A DNA stretch of 64,000 bases, from contig OX597839.1 in the NCBI GenBank assembly GCA_951406725.2, positions 37,882,001 through 37,946,000 on the forward strand. The letters are read 5' to 3'. The position numbers and the translations under genes are program-made. Shown here one piece after another: positions 41,027 to 54,483 of the stretch; positions within the stretch are counted from its first letter, which is position 1, and the number at the start of each line of letters is the position of its first letter. Origin of the DNA: Octopus vulgaris (taxonomy: Eukaryota). The notes under the pieces were generated by a model that saw only the letters and a list, made by a program, of their open reading frames with translations, was not told where the DNA came from and did no database searches.

Positions 41027-41206
41027 GTAATGTTATGAATCTTGATGCTAATGCTTTTGATTTTGTTTTTTGTTGTTTTGTTGTTGTTGTTGTTGTTGTT
41101 GTTGTTTTATACTTGTTTCAGTCATTGAACTACAGAACATACTGGGACCAGTGCCTTGAAGGGTTTTAGTAGAACAAATCAACCCCCCAGGACTTATATA
41201 TGTATA

Positions 41207-41830
41207 TGAGGGAGTTTCTTCAAAGTTCTTGGCTTTAAGGGTATCCCGTGAAAGAATTGGTTGGAGGCCCAACCTTCTGAGTTCCTTTACAGGGCTTAGA
41301 AAAACTGAAGGACCTCTGACAATAAGTGTGTGAATCCGGGGGGTATCTATATATATATAAAAGTAAGGTTGTGTGGTGTCTGTCTCCTACGATTCCAGAT
41401 TCCTAACTTCTCACATTTTGCAGATTTGAACTTTAACCAGAGCGAAGGTATCTTATAGTGCGTGATTGTCATATCGAGCCTTTCTGGGTAATTAGCGCAA
41501 CGTCTACGATGAGTCTACGATTTAAAAAAAAATTTTACCATCATTTTCTCCCATTTTTAATGCATTTTTTTTTTGCTATTGTATATAAGGGAAGTAACTC
41601 TCTAAAAATGTATTATTAAATCTCAGAACATAAAAAGCTACAGTAACACCTAACTTTGTGGTTAGCCATTATATGAGATGGCTATTATACTTTACATCTA
41701 AAAATGCTTATATAGTTATTTCCCTTACAAACCCGAACAACGCCGGGCGATACTGCTAAGTGTTGAATAAAATCATAATTAACTGATCCTGCTGTATAAA
41801 AAAAAAAAAAAAGCCAGGCGCTTTCCAGCA
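41207..41830 (+). mobile_element. Mariner-derived MITE interrupted by a Helitron
   Basis: Degenerate TIRs (AAAGTTCTTGGCTTT / AAAGCCAGGCGCTTT); transposase C-terminal relic GLEKLKD...NKCVN..GG-Y-VE* is rejoined when 41346-41760 is removed. Confidence 0.65.
41346..41760 (+). mobile_element. Non-autonomous Helitron
   Basis: 5' A|TCTATATATATATAAAA, 3' hairpin CCCG..CGGG then CTGCTAAG|T; inserted between A and T without a TSD. Confidence 0.75.
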
Positions 41831-41929
41831 TGTGTGTGTGTGTGTAGGCATGTATGTATGTATATAAATGTAATTGTATGTGTATATATGTATGTAGATG
41901 TGTGTGTGTGTGAGATCGAATTAAATTCG

Positions 41930-42120
41930 ATGACTGGCACCCGTGCCAGTGGAGCGCTAAGAGACCATCCGAGCATGATTGTTGCCAGAGCAGCTGACTG
42001 GCTTCCGTGCCGGTGGCATGTAAAAATGCCAGTGGCACGTGAAAAAACATTCGAGAGCGAGGTCGTTACTCAGTGCTACTGGACTGGCTCCCTGTGCAGG
42101 TGGCACGTAAAAAACACCAA
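41930..42120 (+). mobile_element. Fragment of repeat family with GTGGCACGTAAAAA motif (same family as 43403-43610)
   Basis: Three copies of GTGGCA(C/T)GT(A/G)AAAA. Confidence 0.55.
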
Positions 42121-42144
42121 TTACTCGTTTTTACTGGCCCTCTC

Positions 42145-42556
42145 TTATACTTGTTTCGGTCATTTGACTGCGGCCATGCTGAAGCACCGCCTTTAATCGA
42201 GCAACTCGACCCCGGGACTTATTCTTTGTAAGCCCAGTACTTATTCTATCGGTCTCTTTTGCCGAACCGCTAAGTGACGGGGACATAAACACACCAGCAT
42301 CGGTTGTCAAGCAATGCTCGGGGAACAAACGCAGACACACAAACACACATACACATACATATATATACATACATATATACGACAGGCTTCTTTCAGTTTC
42401 CGTCTACCAAATCCACTCACAAGGCTTTGGTCGACACTTGCCCAGAGGCTACAGTAGAAGACACTTGTCCAAGGTGCAACGCAGTGGGACTGCACCCTGA
42501 AACATGGTTGGTTAGCAGTTTGAGAAAGCTACTTACCACACAGCCCCTCCTGCGCC
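42145..42556 (-). mobile_element. SINE B, full length
   Basis: Reverse complement of consensus with a small internal duplication. Confidence 0.9.
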
Positions 42557-43163
42557 TATCATTACAGAACGTCACAGCAACAACAACTCTAAAACCAAAA
42601 GATGATGTCTTCAACAGTCTCATGCATCAACTTCGAAACAGACGTAGAGGAAACTCAATACAAATCTTAAAACAAAGGAAATGTTTTATTTCTCTTCCTC
42701 TACTTTCTGTTTTATCATTTTGTTTTTTTGCGCGATTATTTTATGCAAAAAACATAATTTACATTGTTTTTTATTTTTATATTGTATTTTTAAATCAATC
42801 CTGCCTTGTCGTTCACCTCCTCTTCCTTTTCCCACTACTCCTTTCCAGTATCTTTTCCCTCCTATGTATTTTGTTACATTCTTTTCTTCTTCCTTCATCA
42901 CTTCTTGCCTTCTCTTGTCTTTCATTTTCACCTTCACTTCTTTTCAATACTTTCTCTTTTGCAAACACATAAACATATACATTCAGACGTTTTTACATAC
43001 ATATATACATAGACACAGGCATTCACACACACACACACACACACATGTATAATAACAGATGCACATACTGTGCATGTGTACATAAAAATAAATAATATAT
43101 ACATATATATATATACATATATATATCTTTTACTTGTTTCAGTCATTAGACTGCAGCAATATA

Positions 43164-43850
43164 TAGGGTGTCCCCTATAAAAATGTATACACACTTTGAA
43201 TAACTGTAAAAGGAATATTTATTAAAATGCACATCCTTTTCATGAAATAATGTAATCTACAGACATTATTTAATTGCATTTAACCCCACCCCACCCAATG
43301 TGTACATAATTTAAGCGATGCATATAAAGGTAGATTTAATTAAAATACCTTTTTTAGAATTATGTTATCGTCTGTTCCCAAACTGATGTCTGTTCTTGTC
43401 CAGATCATCATCATCATCATCATCGTTTAACGTCCGTTTCTCCATTGCTAGCATGGGTTACTGGACAGTTTGACCAGGGGATCTGGGAAGCCAGAAGGCT
43501 GCACCAGGCTCCAGTCTTATCTGGCAGTGTTTCTACAGCTGGATGCCCTTCCCTAACGCCTTAACCACTCCGTGAGTGTAGTGGGTGCTTTTCTGCGTGC
43601 CACCCTGCACATTGTTGACAATATAAAACTATGGAATTGCAATCAGCAGGTAACATTTCATTGGTACGTGTTGAGTGTTTTCTCATTCAATGGCAGCTCT
43701 CAGTTCAGCCACTGTTGCTGGGTTTGTGGCACACACTTTATCTTTTAAGTATCTCCATCAAAAACAAAAGTCTAAAGGGGTGACGTCTGGTAGATGAGGA
43801 GGGGTATTTTACAAACCCTCTTCTTCTAATCCACCCGTTTGTAAAATCTC
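43164..43850 (-). pseudogene. Tc1/mariner-superfamily transposase 3' remnant with one TIR
   Basis: Minus-strand peptides GWIRRRG..., PDVTPLDFCF*WRYLKDKVCATNPATVAELRAAIE, CNSIVLYCQQC|LDKNRHQFGNRR*; terminus TA-TAGGGTGTCCC at 43162. Confidence 0.75.
43403..43610 (-). mobile_element. Retroposon 3' end with (ATG)n tail (RTE-type), nested in the transposase remnant
   Basis: (CAT)n CGTTTAACGTCC...GGATGCCCTTCCCTAACGCC; splits the codons QQC|LDK of the host element. Confidence 0.65.
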
Positions 43851-43851
43851 A

Positions 43852-44040
43852 TTAACCCTTTAGCATTCAAATTTCTCTAATTAATGTAATCCTTATTCAT
43901 TCACAATGTTCTGAATTAATCATGTGCTATCTTCTCACTTTGAGAGATGTCAATGGTCTGATTGTTTACCTTTTGGAATAACATTGTCGGGTAAGTATGA
44001 GAGGCCACATCCGACCAGTTTGAAGATAATACAGGTAGAT
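43852..44040. mobile_element. piggyBac-like MITE end
   Basis: TTAA-CCCTTTAGCATTCA terminus; opposite end not seen. Confidence 0.45.
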
Positions 44041-44419
44041 TATTGTAGTAAAAATTAATATTAATTAAATTAATATCAATTTAAACCAGTGGCCTAGTGG
44101 CCTAGTATACTTCGTACACATAAACCTCATAATAATGAACAGGAAGGATTACCACACCAGATTCACAGATCCCTGCTAAGGATCAAGCATTAATATGAAG
44201 CTATAGAATAAGCTTACTGTACGTACGCGATGTCAGGTCTCTACATATGTGTATGTATTGCAATATGTCGGTTACACTGACATCGTACGCTCAGTGTCTC
44301 TCCTCGGTGCACTTGCACGGAAATCAACGAAAACATCTTGTATCGTTTGATGAATGAAATAGGAATATAATTTGAACATACGTTAAAGTTGGCCATTTAG
44401 AAAAAAATTGTGAGCGTAT

Positions 44420-44835
44420 ACTCTTTTACTCTTTTACTTGTTTCAGTCATTTGACTGTGGCCATGCTGGAGCACCGCCTTTTAGTCGAGCAAATCGACCC
44501 CGGGACTTATTCTTTGTAAGCCCAGTACTTATTCTATCGGTCTCTTTTGCCGAACCGCTAAGTGACGGGGACATAAACACACCAGCATCGGTTGTCAAGC
44601 AATGCTAGGGGGACAAACACAGACACACAAACATACACATATATATATATACATATATGCATACATATATATGACAGGCTTCTTTCAGTTTCCGTCTACC
44701 AAATCCACTCACAAGGCATTGGTCGGCCCGGGGCTATAGCAGAAGACACTTGCCCAAGGTGCAACGCAGTGGGACTGAACCCTGAAACATGTGGTTGGTT
44801 AGCAAGCTACTTACCACACAGCCACTCCTGCGCCT
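44420..44835 (-). mobile_element. SINE B, full length
   Basis: Near-consensus. Confidence 0.92.
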
Positions 44836-44994
44836 GTATATACACACACACACACACACATTAATATTTAGCAGAAGCAACAGAGTGACTTAAGGGACGG
44901 GAGTTTCGTGCGTTAGCACTTGGTAAGTTTGTTATGTGCTGACGCACTTGAGTGTAACAACAGGGTCAGTGGTGTGACATTTTCTCGGATGTAC

Positions 44995-45393
44995 TCTATC
45001 TTTACTCTTTTACTTGTTTCAGTCATTTGACTGCGGCCATGCTGGATCACCGCCTTTAGTCGATCAAATCGACCCCGGGACTTATTATTTGTAAGCCCAG
45101 TACTTATTCTATCGGTCTCTTTTGCCGAACCGCTAAGTGACGGGGACGTAAACACACCAGCATCGGTTGTCAAGCAATGCTAGGGGAACAAATACAGACA
45201 CACAGACATATACATGTATATACATATATACGACAGGCTTCTTTGAGTTTCCGTCTACCAAATCCACTCACAAGGCTTTGGTCGGCCCGAGGTTTTATTA
45301 GAAGATACTTGCCGAAGATGCTACGCAGTGGGACTGAACCCGGAACCATATGGTTGGTAAGCAAGCTACTTACCACACAGCCACTCCTGCGCC
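44995..45393 (-). mobile_element. SINE B, full length
   Basis: Near-consensus. Confidence 0.92.
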
Positions 45394-45610
45394 ACCATAA
45401 CTTCTTGTTATGTGTATCTCTGTGTCACTTATATCCTACAGCGAGGTATGTCTCTGAAAGTGCAATGCATGTCACATGATTGCATGGAGAAAGATCCCTC
45501 ACGGATACAATTCTTTGATTTCTATTGCTTTCTAGGAGACCCCCTAATATTTATTATTTGCAGCAATGGTGGCCGTCCTGGGTCTGTGTTATTTGTGGTG
45601 GTCTTGTATG

Positions 45611-46302
<692 letters not shown>

Positions 46303-46604
46303 CGGTTTTTGTACTTGTTTTACGTCATTTGACTATCCATGCTTCAGAGCACCGCCTTTTAGAGTGGTGAAACTGAGTACACCAGGGATCACCACCATTT
46401 CGTGCCGTACAGACTCGTGGCGCTTTACCGGGTGTTTTCGCTCAATAAACACACAAATGTCTTGGTTCTGGCGCGCTAATAAATTTCTGAGGCGAAGGGC
46501 TGCAGTAAATAATTCACTGCGGTCGGTGCTTTGTACTAGAGAACGTATTTATTTCAATATTTATATATATATATATATATGCGAATGCACCACCTACACA
46601 CATC

Positions 46605-46644
<40 letters not shown>

Positions 46645-46771
46645 ATACAGTCATGGATCAGATCTAATTTCAATCCGTCAAAAACAAGGATGACATATTT
46701 CTTCCGTGGCCAAACTGTCGTTCTGCTTGGTTGGTTTCCTAAGAGAATATATTCGTTGAGACTGAGTTTTG

Positions 46772-46929
46772 ATTGGTTGGGAACTGTATGACGTCAGTGA
46801 AAAATGCAAGTGAGACAGCTAAGCTGAACTGATATAAAACCCAAACAATTCACAAGATTCACCAAAACTATACGAACAGACACCAACCAAAAGTCATTAC
46901 AGTTGCTCCCATTGGAACACAAGGTAAAA
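46772..46929 (+). promoter_or_regulatory. Candidate CCAAT-CRE-TATA core promoter
   Basis: ATTGG 46772, perfect TGACGTCA 46789-46796, TATAAAA 46833-46839, possible donor AAG|GTAAAA at 46923/46924. Confidence 0.3.
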
Positions 46930-47206
46930 TCTAAAATGAATTCTTCGCTTTTTCAAGAACATGAATTTTTTATATTGAATGCATATCACCACTATGAACT
47001 ACTACATCATACTCTTTAAACATATAGCATGGACTCGCTTTACTATATATGAATTTTTTATATTTGATAGCATGAACTATCTTTTTTATATATAATTTTT
47101 TTTCATAAGGTTCGTCATTTCAAGAACCGAAACATGTTAAATAAATAATGTATATATAAAAATTAAAATTTGTCTAATATAGCAGCATTTTCAAACTTCA
47201 TTTTTT

Positions 47207-47244
<38 letters not shown>

Positions 47245-47468
47245 GTAAATGTTTTTAATTTTCCGTTGATTTCTGAATTACTACTATTTAGCGGTTTGAG
47301 TTTGGCTTCTCGTTTTAGTGAGTTGAATGGCCTATTAAGGCTATTCCTTAATATTATTGTTGAACGTACATTATATAGTCTGTTGACTATTTTTTCTTTC
47401 TCACTAGACCGCTAGTGGCGAAAAAATTTCTATTGAATTTTTTGCTATCCTTATATTGATTAAAAAAG

Positions 47469-47546
<78 letters not shown>

Positions 47547-48268
47547 GAAATGAAGAAAATGCTGACAAAATAATTTAAGTAAGGGAGAGTGTATTTAATT
47601 AGGTGAAAGTTCTTTTTACCGGTTGCGCATTTGTTATGCTTATCAAAATATATTTTTTAAGAGAGATAGAGTTCCTTTCTGATAGATTTTTTTCTCTTAT
47701 CTGACTTTATGTTGGGTTTGCTGTCTCTTATATGTGAAAAAAGAGGCTCCAGAGTTGTTAAAGATTTTCTTGGTTTCGCACCTAAAATTTCTTGTGGACA
47801 ATGGTCAATACAATTTTGATTGGTCATTATAAAGGGGTCACGTGAATGTTTGAATGGAAGTTGGTGTTGGGGTAAGAAAATAGGCTCCAGAGATGTTAAA
47901 ATTTGGCTGGTATCGCAACTAAAATTTCTTATTGGTCATAATAAAGAGGTCACGTGAGTGTGGTCATAATAGAGAGGTCACGTGAATGTTTAGAATGAGT
48001 GTTGACGTAGGTGGTGTATGGAGTTTTCGAAAATAGCGTTGTTGAAAATTCTTCTTGTTCAGGCTGGTCAGTAGACGTCATGTGGATATTTTAAATAGCT
48101 TTTTAGCGCGTAGTTAAGGAGTGTATTTTCCGCTTGTATTTTCTTCATTTCCTTTTTTTATATATCACAACTCGTGTTCCACATCTCCTTTTTTAAATAT
48201 ATATATATATATATATATAAATATATATATACATATATATATAAATAAATCAATAAATAAATAAATAA

Positions 48269-48323
<55 letters not shown>

Positions 48324-48324
48324 C

Positions 48325-48535
48325 ATAGCTGATCCTAACATGAACATCGAAAAAAACGCAACAACGCGAGGACGTGGGACCAGTATAGTGTTATTGGACG
48401 CTCAAGAAAGGAAGGAAAGAAGGAGGATTGAACGTTTCGAGCGGAGCTCTTCGTCAGAAACATAGAAAAAGGAAAGGTCCAAGGAAGGGAAGACGGAAAA
48501 AGAAAATCGCCAACGATACACACGCGGTCACATTG
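48325..48535 (-). mobile_element. Penelope-like terminal-repeat fragment, subfamily 2
   Basis: Homologous to 26205-26422 and 27073-27225; adjacent to (TA)n. Confidence 0.6.
48431..48457 (-). ncRNA. Minimal hammerhead motif with canonical core
   Basis: CTGACGA-A-GAGC-TCC-GCTC-GAAA-CG-TT; palindromic ACGT helix III as in PLE minimal hammerheads; helix I weak. Confidence 0.6.
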
Positions 48536-48746
48536 GAGTGCAAGAAATGATGTAAGTGTGTGTATGTGTGGGTATGTGCGTGCGCGCAGGTCTGTGTGTG
48601 TGTGATGATAGCACGTGTGTGTGTGTGATGATAGCACGTGTGTGTGTGTATGTGTGTGTGTGTGTGTGTGTGGTTGTGGCTGTTTATCTATGTGTGTGTT
48701 TGGGCTTAGCATCGTTTTTAAAGTCATAGGAAGAATTTATAGTAAT

Positions 48747-49331
48747 TTTGATTATTATGTGTGGGGCACAGTTGAGCAAGAGACAAAAAAAAAAAACTCC
48801 TTTTCACCGGTTTCAACTCTGATCATGTAAAATTTTAAAAATCGAACAGATTTAACCTAATAAAGCCTCTACACCTTAAGGTCAATTTCAATCCAACATC
48901 GAGGTCGCAATCTCTTTTTTTAATATGAACTCTCAAAAAAAAATTACGCTGTTATCCCTATGGTAACTTATCTTCTAAGCAAAAAACTTGGTTTATTATT
49001 CAAATAAATTCAAAATTAACGAAGTTAAAACAATACTTTAAATTAATTTTATTCCTTGATCACCCCAACCAAAGTTATTTGAACCGAAGGCAAGGATTAT
49101 GGCAGAGTTCACCAACTTAAAAAAGGAGACAGATGAGAATTGTTGCAGGAGATTCCGAAGTCGTCTGGAGGCCGTGGTTGAAGCCAATGGCGATTCCATT
49201 GAATAAATTTACTCTTTAGTATTTCAAGATACTTTTATGTAATTTTGGTAAATATATATTTGTTAAAACGATATGCCCGTGTCATTTACATTTTCGTTTA
49301 ATTTAGACGACAATTTATTCGCCGCACCCTG
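48747..49331 (+). pseudogene. Tc1/mariner-superfamily (maT/DD37D-like) transposase 3' remnant split by a NUMT
   Basis: DYYVWGTVEQET before the insert; EPKARIMAEFTNLKKETDENCCRRFRSRLEAVVEANGDSIE* at 49081-49206; terminus ...GCCGCACCCTG|TA at 49331. Confidence 0.8.
48801..49080 (-). pseudogene. rrnL: NUMT: mitochondrial 16S rRNA 3' domain fragment
   Basis: CCGGTTTCAACTCTGATCATGT (16Sbr primer-site-like), ATCCAACATCGAGGTCGCAA, ATTACGCTGTTATCCCTA and CACCCCAACC occur in the correct rrnL antisense order. Confidence 0.93.
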
Positions 49332-49449
49332 TACATGTGTGTGTGTGTGGGTGTGTGTGTGTGTGTGGGTGTGTGTGTGTGTGAGCGTGCGTGCGCGTGT
49401 ACATCTGTTTCTGCACCTTTATTTTACCTATATATATATACAAATATGT

Positions 49450-49835
49450 GTGTGGCTGTGTGGTAAGTAGCTTGCTAACCAACCACATGGTTCCGGGTTC
49501 AGTCCCACTGCGTGGCATCTTGGGCAAATGTCTTCTGCTATAGCCCCGGGCCGACCAATGCTTTGTGAGTGGATTTGGTAGACGGAAACTGAAAGAAGCC
49601 CGTCGTATATATGTATATATATATATGCGTTTGTGTGTCTGTGTTTGTCTCCCTAGCATTGCTTGACAACCGATGCTGGTGTGTTTACGTACCCGTCACC
49701 TAGCGGTTCGGCAAAAGAGACCGATAGAATAAGTACTGGGCTTACAAAGAATAAGTCCCGGGGTCGATTTGCTCGATTAAAGGCGGTGCTCCAGCATGGC
49801 CGCAGTCAAATGACTGAAACAAGCAAAAGAGTTTT
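49450..49835 (+). mobile_element. SINE B, nearly full length
   Basis: Near-consensus, first bases missing. Confidence 0.9.
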
Positions 49836-50424
49836 AAAAAAAAGAGTTATATATATATATATATATATATGCATGTGTAAAGACACACACACACACATAC
49901 GCGATAATATATAAACATATACACACGCGTTATCTAGTATATATTACAAAGATCACCATTTTAAAGTTCAATCTTTTATCCTTAAGGATTTCTCATATTT
50001 CCTTATAGGTCCTTTTCTGCTTACAGCGGAACAATAGTGTTTCTATAGTCCATTAGTCCATTAACTCTGAACAACGTCTCGGTCTCCTCATCAGAATGGA
50101 ATAATGGTAAGCAGCATGTTGGTGATATGGCTGAGGAGATCTTGAACTGTTAATGGACTAATGGATTTTGGAAGGTTATTGTTCCAGATATACGTTAAGG
50201 ATTATTAAGGAAATATTTGTTTAATATAAACATGCTTGAAAGAAAAGCTGTTCCATATATACACGCTCATATACACACATACCTATCCGTCTCACTGTCT
50301 GGCTGTCTGGCTGTCTGTTTGTTTGTGTATCTAACTATCTGTTTGTCTGTCTGTCTGTCTGTCTGTTTATATATCTATGCATCTGGCTTCTCTATATGCA
50401 TGTATACATGTATATATAACTCTC

Positions 50425-50837
50425 TCTTTACTCTTTACTCTTTTACTTGTTTCAGTCATTTGAATGCGGCCATGCTGGAGCACCGCCTTTAGTCGAGCAA
50501 ATCGACCCCGGGACTTATTCTTTGTAAGCCCAGTACTTATTCTATCGGTCTCTTTGCCGAACCGCTAAGTGACGGGGACGTAAACACACCAGCATCGGTT
50601 GTCAAGCAATGCTAGGGGGACAAACACAGACACACAAACACACACATATATATATATATATATCTACATATATACGACTGGCTTCTTTCATTTTCCGTCT
50701 ACCAAATCCACTCACAAGGCATTGGTCGGCCCGGGGCTATACCAGAAGACACTTGCCCAAGATGCCACGCAGTGGGACTGAACCCAGAACCATGTGGTTG
50801 GTTAGCAAGCTACTTACTACACAGCCACTCCTGCGCC
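50425..50837 (-). mobile_element. SINE B, full length
   Basis: Near-consensus. Confidence 0.92.
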
Positions 50838-50940
50838 TTATATATACAAATATATAAACATGTGTATATATATATATATACACATATAGACACACACACA
50901 TACATACATACATACATACATACATACATACATACATACA

Positions 50941-50971
<31 letters not shown>

Positions 50972-50972
50972 G

Positions 50973-51050
<78 letters not shown>

Positions 51051-51548
51051 CATACATACATACACAAACATACACACACACACAAATTTGCTAGATTATA
51101 CCTTATTTCCGTTAGAACGGAGCGCTGGTTATCTGTACTTTAGCCTCCAATATGTCCGACACAATTGACATTTGTACTGCAAGACATAGCACAACGGTGA
51201 CATAGAGGCACAGGAGTCCATAATGAAAAAAAATAATACGCTTCATAAAGAATATGGCAGAAGTTTGTGACAAAAAAATAGAAAACCAAAAAATAAAAAA
51301 AAAAAACGGAAGAGAGAAAAAAATATATAGTCGGGTGTTTTGAGATGTCTCTAATTTGGATAATGGTTGAACAAGTGTGTTTCGATAAAAGGCAAAGGAA
51401 CTGAATATTCCCTGCGAGTATTAAGGCGTGCTGGCACCTCGTGAAGAGGGATCATTCTGAGAAAAGGCCGAAAGCGCTAGGATCTCCAGTCGACAGCTGA
51501 TTAAGATATGATCCAATAGAGCAAAAAGAATGAAAAAAAGCTCTATTA

Positions 51549-51622
<74 letters not shown>

Positions 51623-51626
51623 TGTG

Positions 51627-51710
<84 letters not shown>

Positions 51711-51743
51711 ATAAACATATATACGTAGCTGTATGTCTGCCTG

Positions 51744-51874
<131 letters not shown>

Positions 51875-51920
51875 GTCTGTCTGTCTGTCTGTCTCTGTTT
51901 CTCTGTCTGTCTATCTATCT

Positions 51921-51964
<44 letters not shown>

Positions 51965-52572
51965 ATATCTATCTATCTTTTACACATATGTGTGTGTGTG
52001 CGTATCTGTCTGATTGCCTGTACGTTTGTAAGTGTACATTTCTATATTATATTGTATTACATTTCTATACTATATTTACAAGCGTGCATACATATACACT
52101 CTAATATGCGTGTATAATATACTTTTTTATTCAGTCATTTGATTGCGGCCATGCTAGAGCACCGGCTTTACTCGAATGTATCGACCCCGGGACTTATTCA
52201 TTGTAATCCTAGTATTCATTCTATAGGGCTCTTCTGCCGAACCGCTAAATTACGAGGACGTAAGCACACCAACATCGGTTGTCAAGTAATGATAGGAGGA
52301 CAAACAAATACACACACACATACAAACACACGCACACTCACACGAACACACACACATACACACACATATATATAATATAAATCCTGTTCTGTGTGTGTGT
52401 AAAAGATTATAACGGCCATATTTCCCAAGTGATTTTCTCCAAACTGGGTATATACATTACTTATGTCCCAGGGATGGTTTTAGACAGTTGAAATTTTTAA
52501 CATAATGTGTAACGGGTCCCCTGGAGAGAGCGCAAGAGATAGAGATAGAAAGAGAGAGAGTGTGAGCTAGAC

Positions 52573-52625
<53 letters not shown>

Positions 52626-53014
52626 CTAATAGACAGATAGACAGACAGACAGACAGATTAGTAGGTAAAGGGAAATATAGACAGAGAGCTAGACAGTTAT
52701 AACAATGTAGTGGCCGACAGGTAGACAAAAGGCTGCATAAAAATAAAGATGGACAAACGGGATAGATAGATAGATAGATAGAAAGATAGATAGAGAGGTA
52801 GATAGATATTTAGAGAGGTAGAGAGATAGGTAGATAGATAGATAGATAAAGAGGTAGAGAGATAGGCAGATAGACAGATAGATAGACAGATAGATAGACA
52901 GGTAGGTAGATAGATAGATAGATAGATAGATTAATAGATAGATAGATAGATAGATAGAAAGATAGATAGATAGAAAATAATAAGCATCATGACATATTCG
53001 TTTATGTATGTGTT

Positions 53015-53145
<131 letters not shown>

Positions 53146-53894
53146 CAAACACACATGTACATGTACAGACACATAGAAAAATAGAATGACAGGTAGATTC
53201 TTAATTAGATAAAATCAGTGACCGACAGATGTGTGAAGAACCTTTTTAAGAATTCGTGTCAGAATCGGTTCTCTAACGTTGTTACATCTCACCCCCACTT
53301 TCCTCCTCTCGCCCACCATTTCATTCACTAACAATTCCTCAACAAAACATGAACTCACAACTCTACGCACACCTATAAGGCTACACATACATACATACAT
53401 ACATACATTCATACATACATTCATACATACATTCATACATACATACATACATTCATACATACATACATTCATACATACATTCATACATACATACATACAT
53501 ACATACATTCATACATAGATACATTCATACATACATACATACATACATACATATGTAACGTACATGCAAATAAACATACATGCGCACACACATGCACACA
53601 CACGCATATATATATATATGTGTATATATATACATACACATATATTTGTCAATATATAGATACATGTACTATATATATAATTATACATGTATATATATAT
53701 ATATATATATGCATAAATGTAAATATGTGTAATATATATCCATTTATTTTTGTATATATCTGTAGATCTATATTTATATATATGTATGGATATATTCACA
53801 TATATATGTGTATGTATATATATTTATATATGTATATATATATGTGAGTGTGTGTATACATAAATATGTATATATATATATATATACATATGTA

Positions 53895-53935
<41 letters not shown>

Positions 53936-54039
53936 GTATGCATTTATATATATATATGTATGTATGTACGTTGGTATACACATACGTATACAAATTGTAT
54001 TTTGTATGTTCATATAGACGGACGACTGCTTAAAGCCAC

Positions 54040-54114
<75 letters not shown>

Positions 54115-54272
54115 CACACTGACACACACGCACACACACACACACTGACATATGTGAGCTTGTTTCGGGAACAGAGCGTAAAAACTGAATTACAGAAAAA
54201 ATAAATTGAAGCGTTGTTACTGGACAATGGATTTGTTTTAATTGGAGTTTGTTCGAAGCTTCCCAAACGCAA

Positions 54273-54320
<48 letters not shown>

Positions 54321-54483
54321 CCCATCCCAATTATGTCACCTCAACAGTTTTAATAATCCACTACGTACCAGGCACACGATATAATAAACGTTCATGAAAG
54401 TCGGTGGCGTAAACCTCACCAAATATTTTGTGGGATGCAAAGTATGTCCCTATCGACCCTCTGCAGAGTTTACAACATATTTG

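Noticed and set aside
48801-49080. Functional rRNA gene
   Set aside because: 280-bp fragment with substitutions in conserved motifs, embedded in nuclear repeats; it is a NUMT.
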